Source: Octopus vulgaris (taxonomy: Eukaryota). From it: a stretch of 64,000 nucleotides of DNA. The notes beneath the pieces are model-generated. The model searched no databases. It saw only the letters and a list, made by a program, of their open reading frames with translations, and was not told where the DNA came from. The translations under genes and the position numbers were made by a program. Numbering within the stretch: position 1 is the stretch's first letter; every line of letters begins with the position of its first letter. Location: NCBI GenBank assembly GCA_951406725.2, contig OX597827.1, positions 20,894,001 through 20,958,000 of the forward strand. Direction: 5' to 3'. This document shows, one piece after another, positions 13,999 through 25,652 of this stretch.

Positions 13999-15431
13999 CT
14001 GTATGGTATATTCCCATCATCATCATCATCGTCGTCGTCATCATCATCATCATCATCATCATCCTCATCATCATCCTCATCTTCCTCCTCCTCCTCTTCA
14101 TCATCCTCGTCATCATCCTCATCTTCCTCATCAAAATCATCATCAGTAGCCCCACCATCATCATCATCATCCTCGTCATCATCCTCACCTTCCTCATCAA
14201 AATCATCATCAGTAGCCCCACCATCATCATCATCATCATCTTCTTCATCATTATCAACATCATAACTAAACACGTCAACATCCCCAAAGTCATCATCATC
14301 ATCATCATCATAATCATCGTCATCTTCGTTACCATCACAGATACAATCGTCGTGGCATTCATCCTCATCGCCACCACCTTTACTACCATCATCACCACCA
14401 CCATCATCCTCCTCCTCCTCACCACCACCACCACCACCACCTCCGTCGTCGTCGTCATCATCATCATCATCATCATCACACACATCACCGGCATCACAGA
14501 GAGTCTCCTCCTGTTGAGTTGTCATCAAAGCATGTTGTGCAGAGACGTCTTCTGTCAGTGCATTCGCATCACAGCTGTCTCTCCTGCATGCTGCGCTGCC
14601 GTTGTTGTTGTTGTTGTTGTTGTTGCTGGTGGAGGCGGTGGTGGTGGTGGTGGAGGTCGGTGTGGTGGGGGCACTGTTGTTTTTGTAAGGGGTCGTGGAG
14701 TTGATATTCTTACTTTTGTTGTTGTTGTTTGCTGTGCTGGTGGCGGTGGTGGTGGTGGTGGTGGTGGTGTTTGTACTGGTTGTACTGGCAGTGGTGGTGC
14801 TGGTGGTGGTGGTGGTGGTGGTGGTGGCAGGGTTTGTGATGCTTGTACAGGTGGTGGTGGTTGTGGTTGCGGTGGTGGTGGTGGTGGGGGAACTGTTCTT
14901 GTTGGTATTGTTGTTGTTGTTGTTGTTGTTGCTGACAATGGCTGTGGCACCATTGCTGTTGTTGTTGTTTTTGTTAATGTTACAGTTATTGTTACTGGTA
15001 TCGGTTGTGTTATTGTTGCTGTTGTTGTCGTTGTCACTGGAAGGGGAGGAGGAGGTGGTGGTGGTGGCAGCGGTGGTGGTGGTGGCGGCGGTGGTGTGGT
15101 CGCTGGTTTCCTTGTTGCTGATCTTGTTGTTCTGTTCGCTGTCGGTAGCGATGCGAACCGACTCAAGCGCAGCGATAGCATCCATCAGTGAAGCGAGTCT
15201 GGCAGGGAAGGTGCACAGGTGTGGTGCAAGGCGGAGGCAGTGCCAACGGGGAGGAGGAGGAGGAGGAAGAGGAGGCTGTGGTTGTGCTATTAATGGCAAT
15301 GCAAGGAGGAGGAGGAGGAGGCAGAAGAGGAGGAGGAGGCAGAGGAGGCGGAGGTGGAGGAGGCGGAGGCAGTGGAGGCGGAGGTGGAGGAGGCGGAGGA
15401 GGCAGAGGAGGCGGAGATTGGATTTGTTCAT
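13999..15431 (-). CDS. Putative low-complexity exon: Leu-rich N-terminus, Thr/Asn-rich middle, hyperacidic Asp/Glu C-terminus
   Basis: Frame open for about 1.4 kb through non-repetitive linkers (MDAIAALESVRIATDSEQ, SAACRRDSCDANALTEDVSAQH), mixed GAT/GAC/GAG codons, donor TACAG|GTATGT at 13999, acceptor ttttgattttag| at 15722. No homolog recognised, and other frames are also long. Confidence 0.4.
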
Positions 15432-16480
15432 CAGGGAGAATTCTCGTGCATGTCTGCTGCTTCAGCTCGTGGCAGACAACCGAAGTTTGAAGAAGTGTGC
15501 AGTCACTTGCTGAGTGGCAGCAACTGTTTGGTGGTGGTGGTGGTGGGGGAGCTGGTGGGGGAGAGTGTGGAGTAGTATTGTGCTTAATCTGTGTGAGTAT
15601 AGACCGTAGTAGGGTGGTGGTGGTTGTGGCGGTGGTGGTGGTGGTGGTGGTGTTAATAGAGTGATATGTAGTGATGTGGAAACGTGTGTTGTTGGATCCA
15701 GCTCGTCTTTCATGCTGTTGACCTAAAATCAAAAGCATTCCAACCTTGGCCACCCACTTTTAATTTTTTTCCATGCATTGAAATAGTGTATCTAGGAGTA
15801 CATAATTCAAGGTGTTCTCTCCTTATTTAAGATAGCGGCGTTGAATGTGAGGGAAATTTGACTGTTATTGCTAGGAATGTGATGTGGCTGATGGCAGTGG
15901 GGGGACATATTATTATTATGTCAGGATGGGGTCACAAATGAATTAAATTATTAGATGTAGAAAAGGGAATCTGCTGAAGTTATCCTTACCATCATCATCA
16001 TCATCATCATCATCATCATAACTAATAACCCTGACCCTCCAATGACACTGTTACTAACACCACCACCACCATCACCATCACAGCAACTCTACCAAATTCT
16101 TTCTACCACCACCACCACCACCTTAACCATACTATCATCACATCTTGTAACATTATCACCTCAAGCCAATTAAATGGTGTTTCAACATGCTAGAAATAAC
16201 AGCAAAAATTCCATCAGTACTCAGCCTACCATTTTCAGAAAGAAAGGGACATGTTCTAAGTTCTAGTTCTAAATTCACTGAAAGGCAAGATGTCATGGTT
16301 GGAACGGTCTTGATCATAGGTCAGCTGAGGCAGTCAGACCTTGAGACTAAACAACAACATCACTATCATTACATCTTCACCACCTGCCACCACCACCACC
16401 ACCACCACCACCACCACCTCCTCTTTCAACCACGTTTTTCACCAATGTTTTACCATCAGATGTCTACATGTATGTAAATG

Positions 16481-16514
<34 letters not shown>

Positions 16515-16518
16515 TATA

Positions 16519-16569
<51 letters not shown>

Positions 16570-16586
<17 letters not shown>

Positions 16587-16864
16587 TATCTAGTTTCAGC
16601 TCACGAGCTGTGGCCATGCTGGGGCACCGCCATTTGGTGTTGCTACATGATTTTACTTCACAAATGCTTTTTAGCAACTGCCATTTGGTGCATGAGAGAG
16701 TTCGATGCAGCTGCCCTCATCTGCACCTCCTGCTGTGAAGTTGGTTCATCCGGGACACCTGACGGGAAGAGATCCAGTCCTACTTTAAAGACATCCGCAT
16801 CCTGGAAGAGCTGTGGGCCTCTGAAGCCCAGGCTATCACAGTATCTTGTCCTACATCTTGATGG

Positions 16865-16868
<4 letters not shown>
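16570..16868 (-). mobile_element. CR1/L2-group LINE 3' end with poly(A), sharing its tail with SINE family B
   Basis: SLGFRGPQLF...FKVGLDLF..GVPDEP...AASNSL; tail GGCGGTGCCCCAGCATGGCCACAG...CTGAAAC. Confidence 0.7.
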
Positions 16869-16902
<34 letters not shown>

Positions 16903-17104
16903 TAAAACGGTAAGATGACAAAAGAAAGAAAGAGACCTCAATATTATGTAAATAGAGGAAATTTATCTATACAATAATATGTTACATTACTCGAGATATA
17001 TATATATATATTTATATTTATATTTATATTTATATATATATAAATATTTATATATATATATATATATATACAAAATATATATTTATATTTATATATATAT
17101 ATAT

Positions 17105-17238
17105 ATACAAAATTTAGAGAACTGACTACTAAAAGTAGACAGCCTATACGCTAGATATAGAAACCAATATCTATTTTGGCATCTATATCTAGCGTATAGG
17201 CTGTCCACTTTTAGTGATCAGTTCTCTAAATTTTGTAT
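17105..17238. repeat. Long palindrome adjacent to (TA)n
   Basis: About 63-bp arms with ~5 mismatches and an 8-nt loop. Confidence 0.9.
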
Positions 17239-17369
17239 GTAAAAAAATTTTTAATCTTCGGATTTTTGTAAAATATGCTAGGCCACTGGTTTTAATTGAT
17301 TAATATCAATTTCTACCTTATTTTTAAATATATATATATATATAGATAGATAGATATAGATATATATAT

Positions 17370-17418
<49 letters not shown>

Positions 17419-17573
17419 CATACATACATACATACATGCATTGTGATATAAAAAGTAGACAACATTTAAAATAACAAGCATTTACAGACTCTTGCATCGC
17501 AAGTTAGTCTCAGAGGTTTTATGTTTTTCTACTTGAAAATAAACAAATGTGTGTGTATATGTGTGTGTGTGTG

Positions 17574-17610
<37 letters not shown>

Positions 17611-18000
17611 ACCACACATAAGTATCTTTTTGTTGGGTGTACAATGTGTATTGTGTGTAGGATGTCATATGAGAAATGACATTGGTAGAATATCTAGTCT
17701 TTGAGGTTATTTTGTCACAGATTCAATTCTTTGACCTTGAATTCTTGAAAGTGGGGTACAAGACAGTCAATTAATGTTCAATAATGGTCTCCCGAACTTA
17801 TTAGAAACTTTCATTATAAAGTTTACCAGCCATACAGTAATGATCACCAATTTCCCATTTACCGTTGTCTGAGCACCTGAAAAACAAACAAACACATGCA
17901 CACACGCACGCACTTTAGTTGATATTCAATGCATTGGTGATTGAACATGACCCCAACCGAATCTGCCACACCCCGTCCCTACACTTGGAACCTCAATATT

Positions 18001-18424
18001 CTCTTTCTCTTTTTTCTCTTTTTACTTGTTTCAGTCATTTTGACTGCGGCCATGCTGGTGCACCGCCTTTAATCGAGCAACTCGACCCCGGGACTTATTC
18101 TTTGTTAGCCCTGTACTTGTTCTATCTGTCTCTTTTGCCGAACCGCTAAGTGACGGGGACATAAACACACCAGCATCGGTTGTCAAGCAATGCTAGGGGG
18201 ACAAACACAGACACACAAACATACACGCACATACATATATATATATATATACATATATACGACGGGCTTCTTTCAGTTTCCGTCTACCAAATCCCCTCAC
18301 AAGGCTTTGGTCGGCCCGAGGCTATAGTAGAAGACACTTGCCCAAGGTGCCATACAGTGGGACTGAACCCGGAACCATGTGGTTGGTAAACAAGCTACTT
18401 ACCACACAGCCACTCCTGCGCCTA
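18001..18424 (-). mobile_element. tRNA-derived SINE, family B (CORE-like)
   Basis: Head GGCGCAGGAGTGGCTGTGTGGTAAG, B-box GGTTCAGTCCC, CCTTGGGCAAGT segment, internal microsatellite, tail CAGCATGGCC...TGACTGAAACAAGTAAAAG. Confidence 0.85.
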
Positions 18425-19489
18425 TATTGTAGCTCAACTTGTTAGAAATTGCAGCTAGTCTCTCTTAAACCATTCTTTACTGTATTAAATAAGGAAAAGA
18501 CATACTAAGTAATGTAGTCCAAGATATATATATAAATCAGTGGCATGGTCATAGCTGGAATGTCTTCGATTGTAGCTGTGCTCACTACGGATTGACCTGG
18601 GGTTAAAAACGTGACAAGATTGAGTAGTTTCACCAACTGAAGCCTCTGGCTTTATTATAAATATTTCAGTTTAGCCAAAAGAGGAAGCTAGAAATAGTAT
18701 CCAAATCTCCCTCAGATCACACCCTACACTTATTGGATAGTGAAATCTGAAGAGAAAAGATGATATGGTCACAACTGGGATGTCTTTAATCATGTTTCTT
18801 TCTTTAGGACTAACCCAGGGCTAAAAAGAACAAGAATGCTCGCAACTGAGACATTCTTTTTTAAAATAGCAGGGGTATGATTTGAGGGACTTTGGTTGTT
18901 ATTTCTAACATATTAAGTGACCATGTACGAGCTCCTTCATTAGCCAGCATGTATGTGGGTAAATGTGTGTGTGTGTGTAAACATGAGTAAAGCAGAAATT
19001 TAGCTAACAAACCCTTTGGCTATTGGCACAGTCTGATGTTATTTTCCACATTTATCTATCAGTTGGTGTACATACATACATGCATATATACACACACACA
19101 CACATATATATATATATACATATATAGATATATACATATATATATACATATATACATACATATATATATATATATACATATATACATATATATATATATA
19201 CACACACATAAATATATATATGCATATATATATATACACGTATATATATTTATACAATCACACATGCACATATTTATAGCTTGGTTAGTATGCTTCTCCT
19301 GTCTATATTTGCCTGTCTGCCTCATATTCGTGCATCTATAAAATTCTAAATCTGTCCCACCCTGTGAATCTTTATGCAATTTGAAATTTTGCTAAACATA
19401 CAGCTTTTGACCTCACTGTAAAAAAAATAAACTGCTTACACCACACCACATCCTTTCTTTTTTCTTTTTTTTTTCTCTCTGGAAATCAA

Positions 19490-20283
19490 ATCAAATCAAA
19501 TCAAATCAAAACAAATCAAAATAGATGAACATCAATGGAATTTGTATCTTTGTGGTACCAGTGCCGGTGGCACACAAGAAAACTATCCGAACGTGGCGGT
19601 AGCCAGTACCGCATCGACTGGCCTCCGTGCTGTGGGCAAGTAACAAACACCATCTGATCGTGGCCGTTTCGCCAGCCTCATCTGGCACCTGTGTCGGTGG
19701 CACATAAAAACACCATCCGAAGACCTGGCAAGACTAGTCAGGCCATAACCCGTGGCCCCTACCTGGGACGTAGTCAGTCCACCTGTGCATACCTTCCTTC
19801 TTGTGACACTTGTGAAGACCTGTTGAGGCAAGTGAAAATCAATCAAAACAAATCAAAATAGATGAACATCAATGGAATTTGTATCTTTGTGGTACCAGTG
19901 CCGGTGGCACACAAGAAAACCATCCGAACGTGGCCGTAGCCAGTACTGCATCGACTAGCCTCCGTGCTGCGGGCACGTAACAAACACCATCCGATCGTGG
20001 CCGTTCGGCAGCCTCATCTGGCACCTGTGTCGGTGGCACATAAAAACACCATCCGAGCGTGGCCGTCTGCCAGCCTCGTCTGGCACCTGTGTCGGTGGCA
20101 CATAAAATCACCCACTACACTCTCGGAGTGGTTGGCGTTAGGAAGGGCATCCAGCTGTAGAAACACTGCCAGATCTGACTGGCCTGGTGCAGCCTTTGGG
20201 CTCCCCAGACCCCAGTTGAACCGTCCAACCCATGCTAGCATGGAAAACGGACGCTAAATGAATGATGATGATGATGATGATGA
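19490..20283 (+). mobile_element. RTE-related 3' end with internal ~337-bp duplication, ~60-bp subrepeats and (GAT)n tail
   Basis: GGAAGGGCATCCAGC...CCATGCTAGCATGGAAAACGGACG tail, also seen at about 1-175, 6595-6787, 7871-8260, 25730-26325, 44200-44450, 53562-53820, 58715-58905 and 63400-63720. Confidence 0.75.
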
Positions 20284-20404
20284 AGCAGAAAACTTGAGGT
20301 TCCACGAAACAGTTTCTAGCTTTGTCTACCAAGTTCAATTCCTGCTGAGCCCAGTTTTTACTTTTCTTTCTTGAGGTCAGAAATAACCAGTCAAGTACTT
20401 TATC

Positions 20405-20805
20405 TTTTAATTTTCTTTTACCTGTTTCAGTCATTAGACTGCAGCCGTGCTGGGGCATCGCCTGGAACAATTTTTCCTGAATGAATTGATCCCCGTGCTT
20501 TTTTTTTTTTGAAGCTTAGTACTTTTTCTATTGGTTTCTTTTACAGAACTGCTAAGTGATGGGGACGTAAACAAACTAACATCAGTTATCAAGTGGTGAT
20601 GGGGGACAAACAGACAGACACACACACACACGCTGGACTCCTTTCAGTTTTATCATCATCCATTCTGTCTGCCAAATTCACTTACAAGGCTTTGGTCAGC
20701 CTGGGGCTATAGGAGAAGACCTTGCCTAAGGTGCCACACAATGGGCAGAACCCTGAACCATGAGATCGGGAAGCAAATTTCTTACCATACAGCTACACCT
20801 GTGCC
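20405..20805 (-). mobile_element. SINE family B, diverged
   Basis: Matches the family B consensus. Confidence 0.75.
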
Positions 20806-21525
20806 CGGGGTCAATTCTACTCTCTCTTTCTTTCTCTCTCCCTGCCTCTCTCTCTCTCTCTACCTCTACCTGTCTCTCTCTCTCTCACTGAATCAGTGAC
20901 ATTGCATCAATAGGAAAGGTTTGTAGAACACTTGCAGCATCCCTTTCTGCAAAATAGGTAAGGATTGACCAAGGACCTAGCAACCTTTAGAAACCTTAGA
21001 AAAACTGGTCTGTTGCTTTAACATTCCAAGGGACAGACTCCCATGTAATACTGAGAGAAGCCATTTGGAAAAAGAGACCAAACAAGAATTTGAAAAGGAT
21101 CCCCATTCACCTTGACATTGCATAACCACACACACACACACACCTTTGGTAACAAATCAGGCAATCATTAAATTGTGTTGGTCAGTTGTCCCCACCCAGA
21201 CTGGGCATCCTACAACTTGCATCCGTTCAGTCCCAATGAAGGACCATCTTTGAGGACATTTAATGACCTGAATGAGGGTAGAACAGTGCACAGGTGGATC
21301 TTTCCGAAGATGATTAGAGAGAAAGAGGGATTCAGTGATGGTGCAAAGACATTGCTTGAGATGGAGACTATGTTGAGAAATACCTTTCTCTGAAGAGAGA
21401 GAGGAGGGAAGATGGAGGAGAGAGAGAGAGAGAGAGAGAGTGTGTGCGTGTGATACTCTACAAATATGCAATTTCAACAATCTATATTAGTTAAGAGTTA
21501 TACCCACTTTTGCATTACTTTCAGG

Positions 21526-21561
<36 letters not shown>

Positions 21562-23453
21562 CCTTTTTCCAATTCCAATAGTTTCTGACATTTGGCTGCA
21601 ACCATATTGAGGTACTACTTCCAAGGGTCTTTAGTCAATCGTATCAACATTAGTTCCTCGTCTGGTTCTGTTTATCAATCTCTAATAAATGGTTCGATCA
21701 CCTGAGTTGTGTCTCTTTAGAAAGTAACCTTAAAAAGAAGGATTCGAAAAAGCATGCATGGGGCAGGATCTGAGAGGTTAGACACAACATCAGTTACAGA
21801 AGAGAGAGTCAGGTATGTATGGACAGATGAAAAATGCTAACTGAGAGAAAGGATGGTTGTTGAGGTATGGCGAGGACTGGCTCAGAGGGATGGCCTTGTT
21901 TTGAATGTGGCTGGTGATGTTTGTGTGCACAACTGCATTAGTGTAAAGAATACTTGGCTGCTATCTGCCATAGCAGTGGAGACCCCCAGTGTTCTTGACC
22001 ACTGGACTATATCCCTGCACACTGCTGTCAGGGCAGAGATGGCTATCTGCAAGTACAGGCTCTGTGAGTTGGAGTGGTTGTTCCCAGGCATCTCCCTTGC
22101 CATCCTCTGGGCAAAGCCTTTTCTATTTTTTCCGTCAGGACCATGAAGTGGACTGATAAGTTTTTTTAGTTACAACTGTTGTATCTCATAAGAGACACAA
22201 AAAAACTCTCAGCTTCAAAACTGCTGTAAATATTTTGGGAGCTGGATATGACTTGAAACTGCATCTAAAAATGGGGCCCTGGCTCAAGAGTTGTAAGGTT
22301 TTGATGAGGGTGTCACCACTTCTTTACCACTATTGTTGGCAAATCTACTCTGATCCAGAGTAGTTGTCCCAGCTACGGCTTAACACATCATAAAATCATT
22401 TTCAGAAAAAGGTAACTGAAACACTGCAATGGACCCAGGGCAGATAAGTTTCTTCTGCTTATCTAAGAGAAGATGACTGCATAATACTCTGGATAACTAC
22501 TAGGCTGTGGTACTTGCTGCAGCCGACCAATTGAAGATTGAAGATCAAAAGAGTGGGACTGATTCAGCGCAAACCCTAACCTGTTATACATAGTAAAACC
22601 TTGTTGCCTTGATGGGTAATTTATTGAGCACTTAAAAAAAAGGATAAGAGAGTAAATTTCTACAGGAAATCTGGAGAAAGGGACCCAAAATCAGATATAT
22701 ATACAGTTATACATAACCAATATTTGGCATCCCCTGCAGCTTGGTGGATGCTGCAAATGTATGGCATATCCATGAATAGAGAGATGGTAAATATTCTTGA
22801 AGCTAGGCCCTTGCTTCTAGAATCAGCCCAGGCATTGGCAGAGCTGAGTATGTTACTTTCTCTGCAACAAAAAAGGGCCAACCTCTCTAATGTGTATGTT
22901 AGTGGAGCTTTATATATGGACCAGCAGGGCTCTGAAGAATTTCTTGGCACTAAAGGGGAATCTTTGTCTCCGTGATCGGAGTTTTGACAATGTTATGTTG
23001 AGTCAAGTTGAGGGATCCTCAGAAACTGTGATGCCAAGCATTTATAGAAATATTTCAAGGGTTTGTGTGTTGTTTCTACAGAGAGATGGTGAGAGGTCCT
23101 TGATAGGGGTAGCATTGCAGTCCTTATGCTGTTGAAAGAGAGTTAGCTGTTATGATGAACCCATTGAAAGTCATTCTCAAGGGATTTCGTTTGAAGGTGG
23201 GAGTTCAGATGTGACATAGTGTATCTAGGTTGCTCGTTGTTGACACCAATGTGTGGAAGATTAAGGAACAGTGTGAATAGATGGCGTTATTTGCATACAG
23301 GGACGGGGACAGGAATGGTTGTATGTAGATAGAAGTATGTCAATATACAAGAAGAATATTGTGTTTAATTAAAAGTTAAAGCACATCGGAGTTGCTATTT
23401 ATGTGTATGTGGGTATCTGTGTATATGTTTGTGTCTGTCTATCACTCATCCTC

Positions 23454-23541
<88 letters not shown>

Positions 23542-24344
23542 ATAATTTCTGCACATATATATATGTCTAAGTTTTTACCTTTCTGTTTGTTAGATCATCT
23601 ATTATGCTGCCTCTTCTCTGTCTGTCTGTCTGTCTCTGTCTCTTTCTCTCTCTTCCTTTACTTGTATATGTTTAAGTCTGTTATCTTTTTACCTCTCCAA
23701 TCATCTATAATTTCTGTCTCTCCTTTTCTCTGTATATGAATGTATGTGTGTGTGTGTGTGTGTGTGCATGCGCATGTGCGTGCGTGCATGTGTGTGTGTA
23801 TCGAACTGTTTCTATACATAGCATCTACATAGCCCCATGTTTTACATTATTTATGGCAGATGTCCACTCAAAGTGTCATGTCATAAAAATCTATACATGA
23901 AAACCTATTTAATGTTGATCTAAAAGAATTACAGTGTTAAAACAGCACAAGTGCTATGGCAGAGCACATTTACAGTTTCCAGGGAATTGTTAATTGAATT
24001 TTCAAATGGTTCTAATGGAGGAGCAGAAGAAATAGAAGAGCAGTGAACTAAAGGAATTATATTTTCTTTTCTTTGTTTTTTCATGTCTACTTTAGACTCT
24101 GAGTTCAAATCCAGTCAGTACTGAATTAGTATTTTATCTCTCCACAGTCAATAAATATAAATTCACTCAACCGTCCCTCCCCTCCACAAATCTGTAATAA
24201 TGTGCGATTACAAGAAATTATCATAGTGAGGAGAGTTATAACATACTTGATGTAATAAGCCAAAGAAATGCAATTTATAAATTAGAATTAAAAATAGAAT
24301 GGGAATGGCAGGAGGAGGGAGTATATGATCTTTGACAGAATGGT

Positions 24345-24393
24345 TACAACTCAAGACATGTTTCAGTCTCATTGAACCTCCTCAGCATTTGTA
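24345..24393 (-). ncRNA. Type I minimal hammerhead ribozyme motif
   Basis: CTGAGGA-[GGTTC AAT GAGACT]-GAAACATGTC, with palindromic stem III ACATGT and a GUC site. Stem I is only partly intact (TACAA/TTGTA). Confidence 0.55.
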
Positions 24394-25285
24394 CAAGAAC
24401 TGCCAAACAAAGATGATGTGAGAGATGTCTTTGTGTGAATAAAGACAGAGCAGTGTAAAACCTCAAGATAAACTAATGAGAATCGGTAACAAGTTCGTTA
24501 CATTCTAGTCAGTTGTGACCCTCTCAAATAAATCTCAGAGACAATTCTGTTGCTAGACATTTTCTTTTACTTTTATGCATCTCAATCCTTTGTTATGAGC
24601 AATCGCTCAAAAGAAACATGTTTTGTCCTTAAGATTGCAACAGGCAATTAATGTTTGAGGGTTTGTGGTGATATTTCTCTTTCTTCATTGAATATTTATC
24701 CCTCTTTGAATGTCAGTTATCTTCTTCATGGTCAGAGCTTTCTCTTTCTTCAACATATCAATTTCCTAATAGAGGGCTTTTGTTGAGTTATAGAATTTTG
24801 ATTAAACAATAGACTGCTTCTCTATTGTTAATTCCAGACAAGTTGTTCCTTTATTTGATCATAACCATTTCAATATCCAATGGAAAAAGATTGATACAAT
24901 TCTGAACATATTCCTACTCCTTGCATGGCCAATATATGGAACTTAAAAGTCAGAAGCAAAATGGTGATTTGGAAACAAAATGGTGATTTTCATTCAAGTC
25001 TTCAGATCTAAAAATACATAAACTCGGTTGTGTACTTGACAATTTTTGACAATTTTCTATTTGATAAATCAATTTGAGAAATAAATAAACGTATTGATTT
25101 TGTCAAACAGAAGATAACCTTCTTGATTTCTGTCAAAGAGAAAATAGCCATTGTTGCCAAAGAGTGTGTTTCTGCCATATTCTTTCCAGCTTCCACATCA
25201 AAATCAGTCCAAAAAAGCAAATAAATGGTCCAGTATTGGACTAGTCTTGGTCTTAATAGTTATATAGATATCAAGTTAGTATTAA

Positions 25286-25652
25286 CTAGCACTATGACCC
25301 AGCAACGCCGGGTCATAGTGCTAGTACATGCATATACAGCTGCGTGAGTGCACACATACACGCGAGTACTGTCCAAATCTCCGACCAGTCACATACAGCT
25401 AGCTGGCATTCAATTGGCATATCAAGTTTCGGGCATTTTGATTGGGTTTTGGATAGAAAATTCACAAAAAGTCACTTCTATTGATTTTTTAATGGGGAAA
25501 ATGTAAAGATGTGCACGACCACCCTTGGACGGTTTTGAATGACCACAGAAAGTGCAAGCCCTCTAACTGAAAAATTGTGGATTTGTATAAAGAACATGCA
25601 CACACACACACACACAAACAGACAGACATTTTGCCGTTTATATATAGAGAGA
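25286..25652 (-). mobile_element. Non-autonomous Helitron
   Basis: 5' A|TCTCTCTATATATAAA; 3' hairpin (CTAGCACTATGACCC...GGGTCATAGTGCTAG) ending CTAG|T; inserted in an AT dinucleotide. Confidence 0.75.

Noticed and set aside
14695-15513. Protamine-like Arg-rich + strand ORF
   Set aside because: The Arg run comes from a GGA/AGG repeat and is preceded by poly-Val/Leu antisense to the minus-strand repeats; I found no supporting gene structure.
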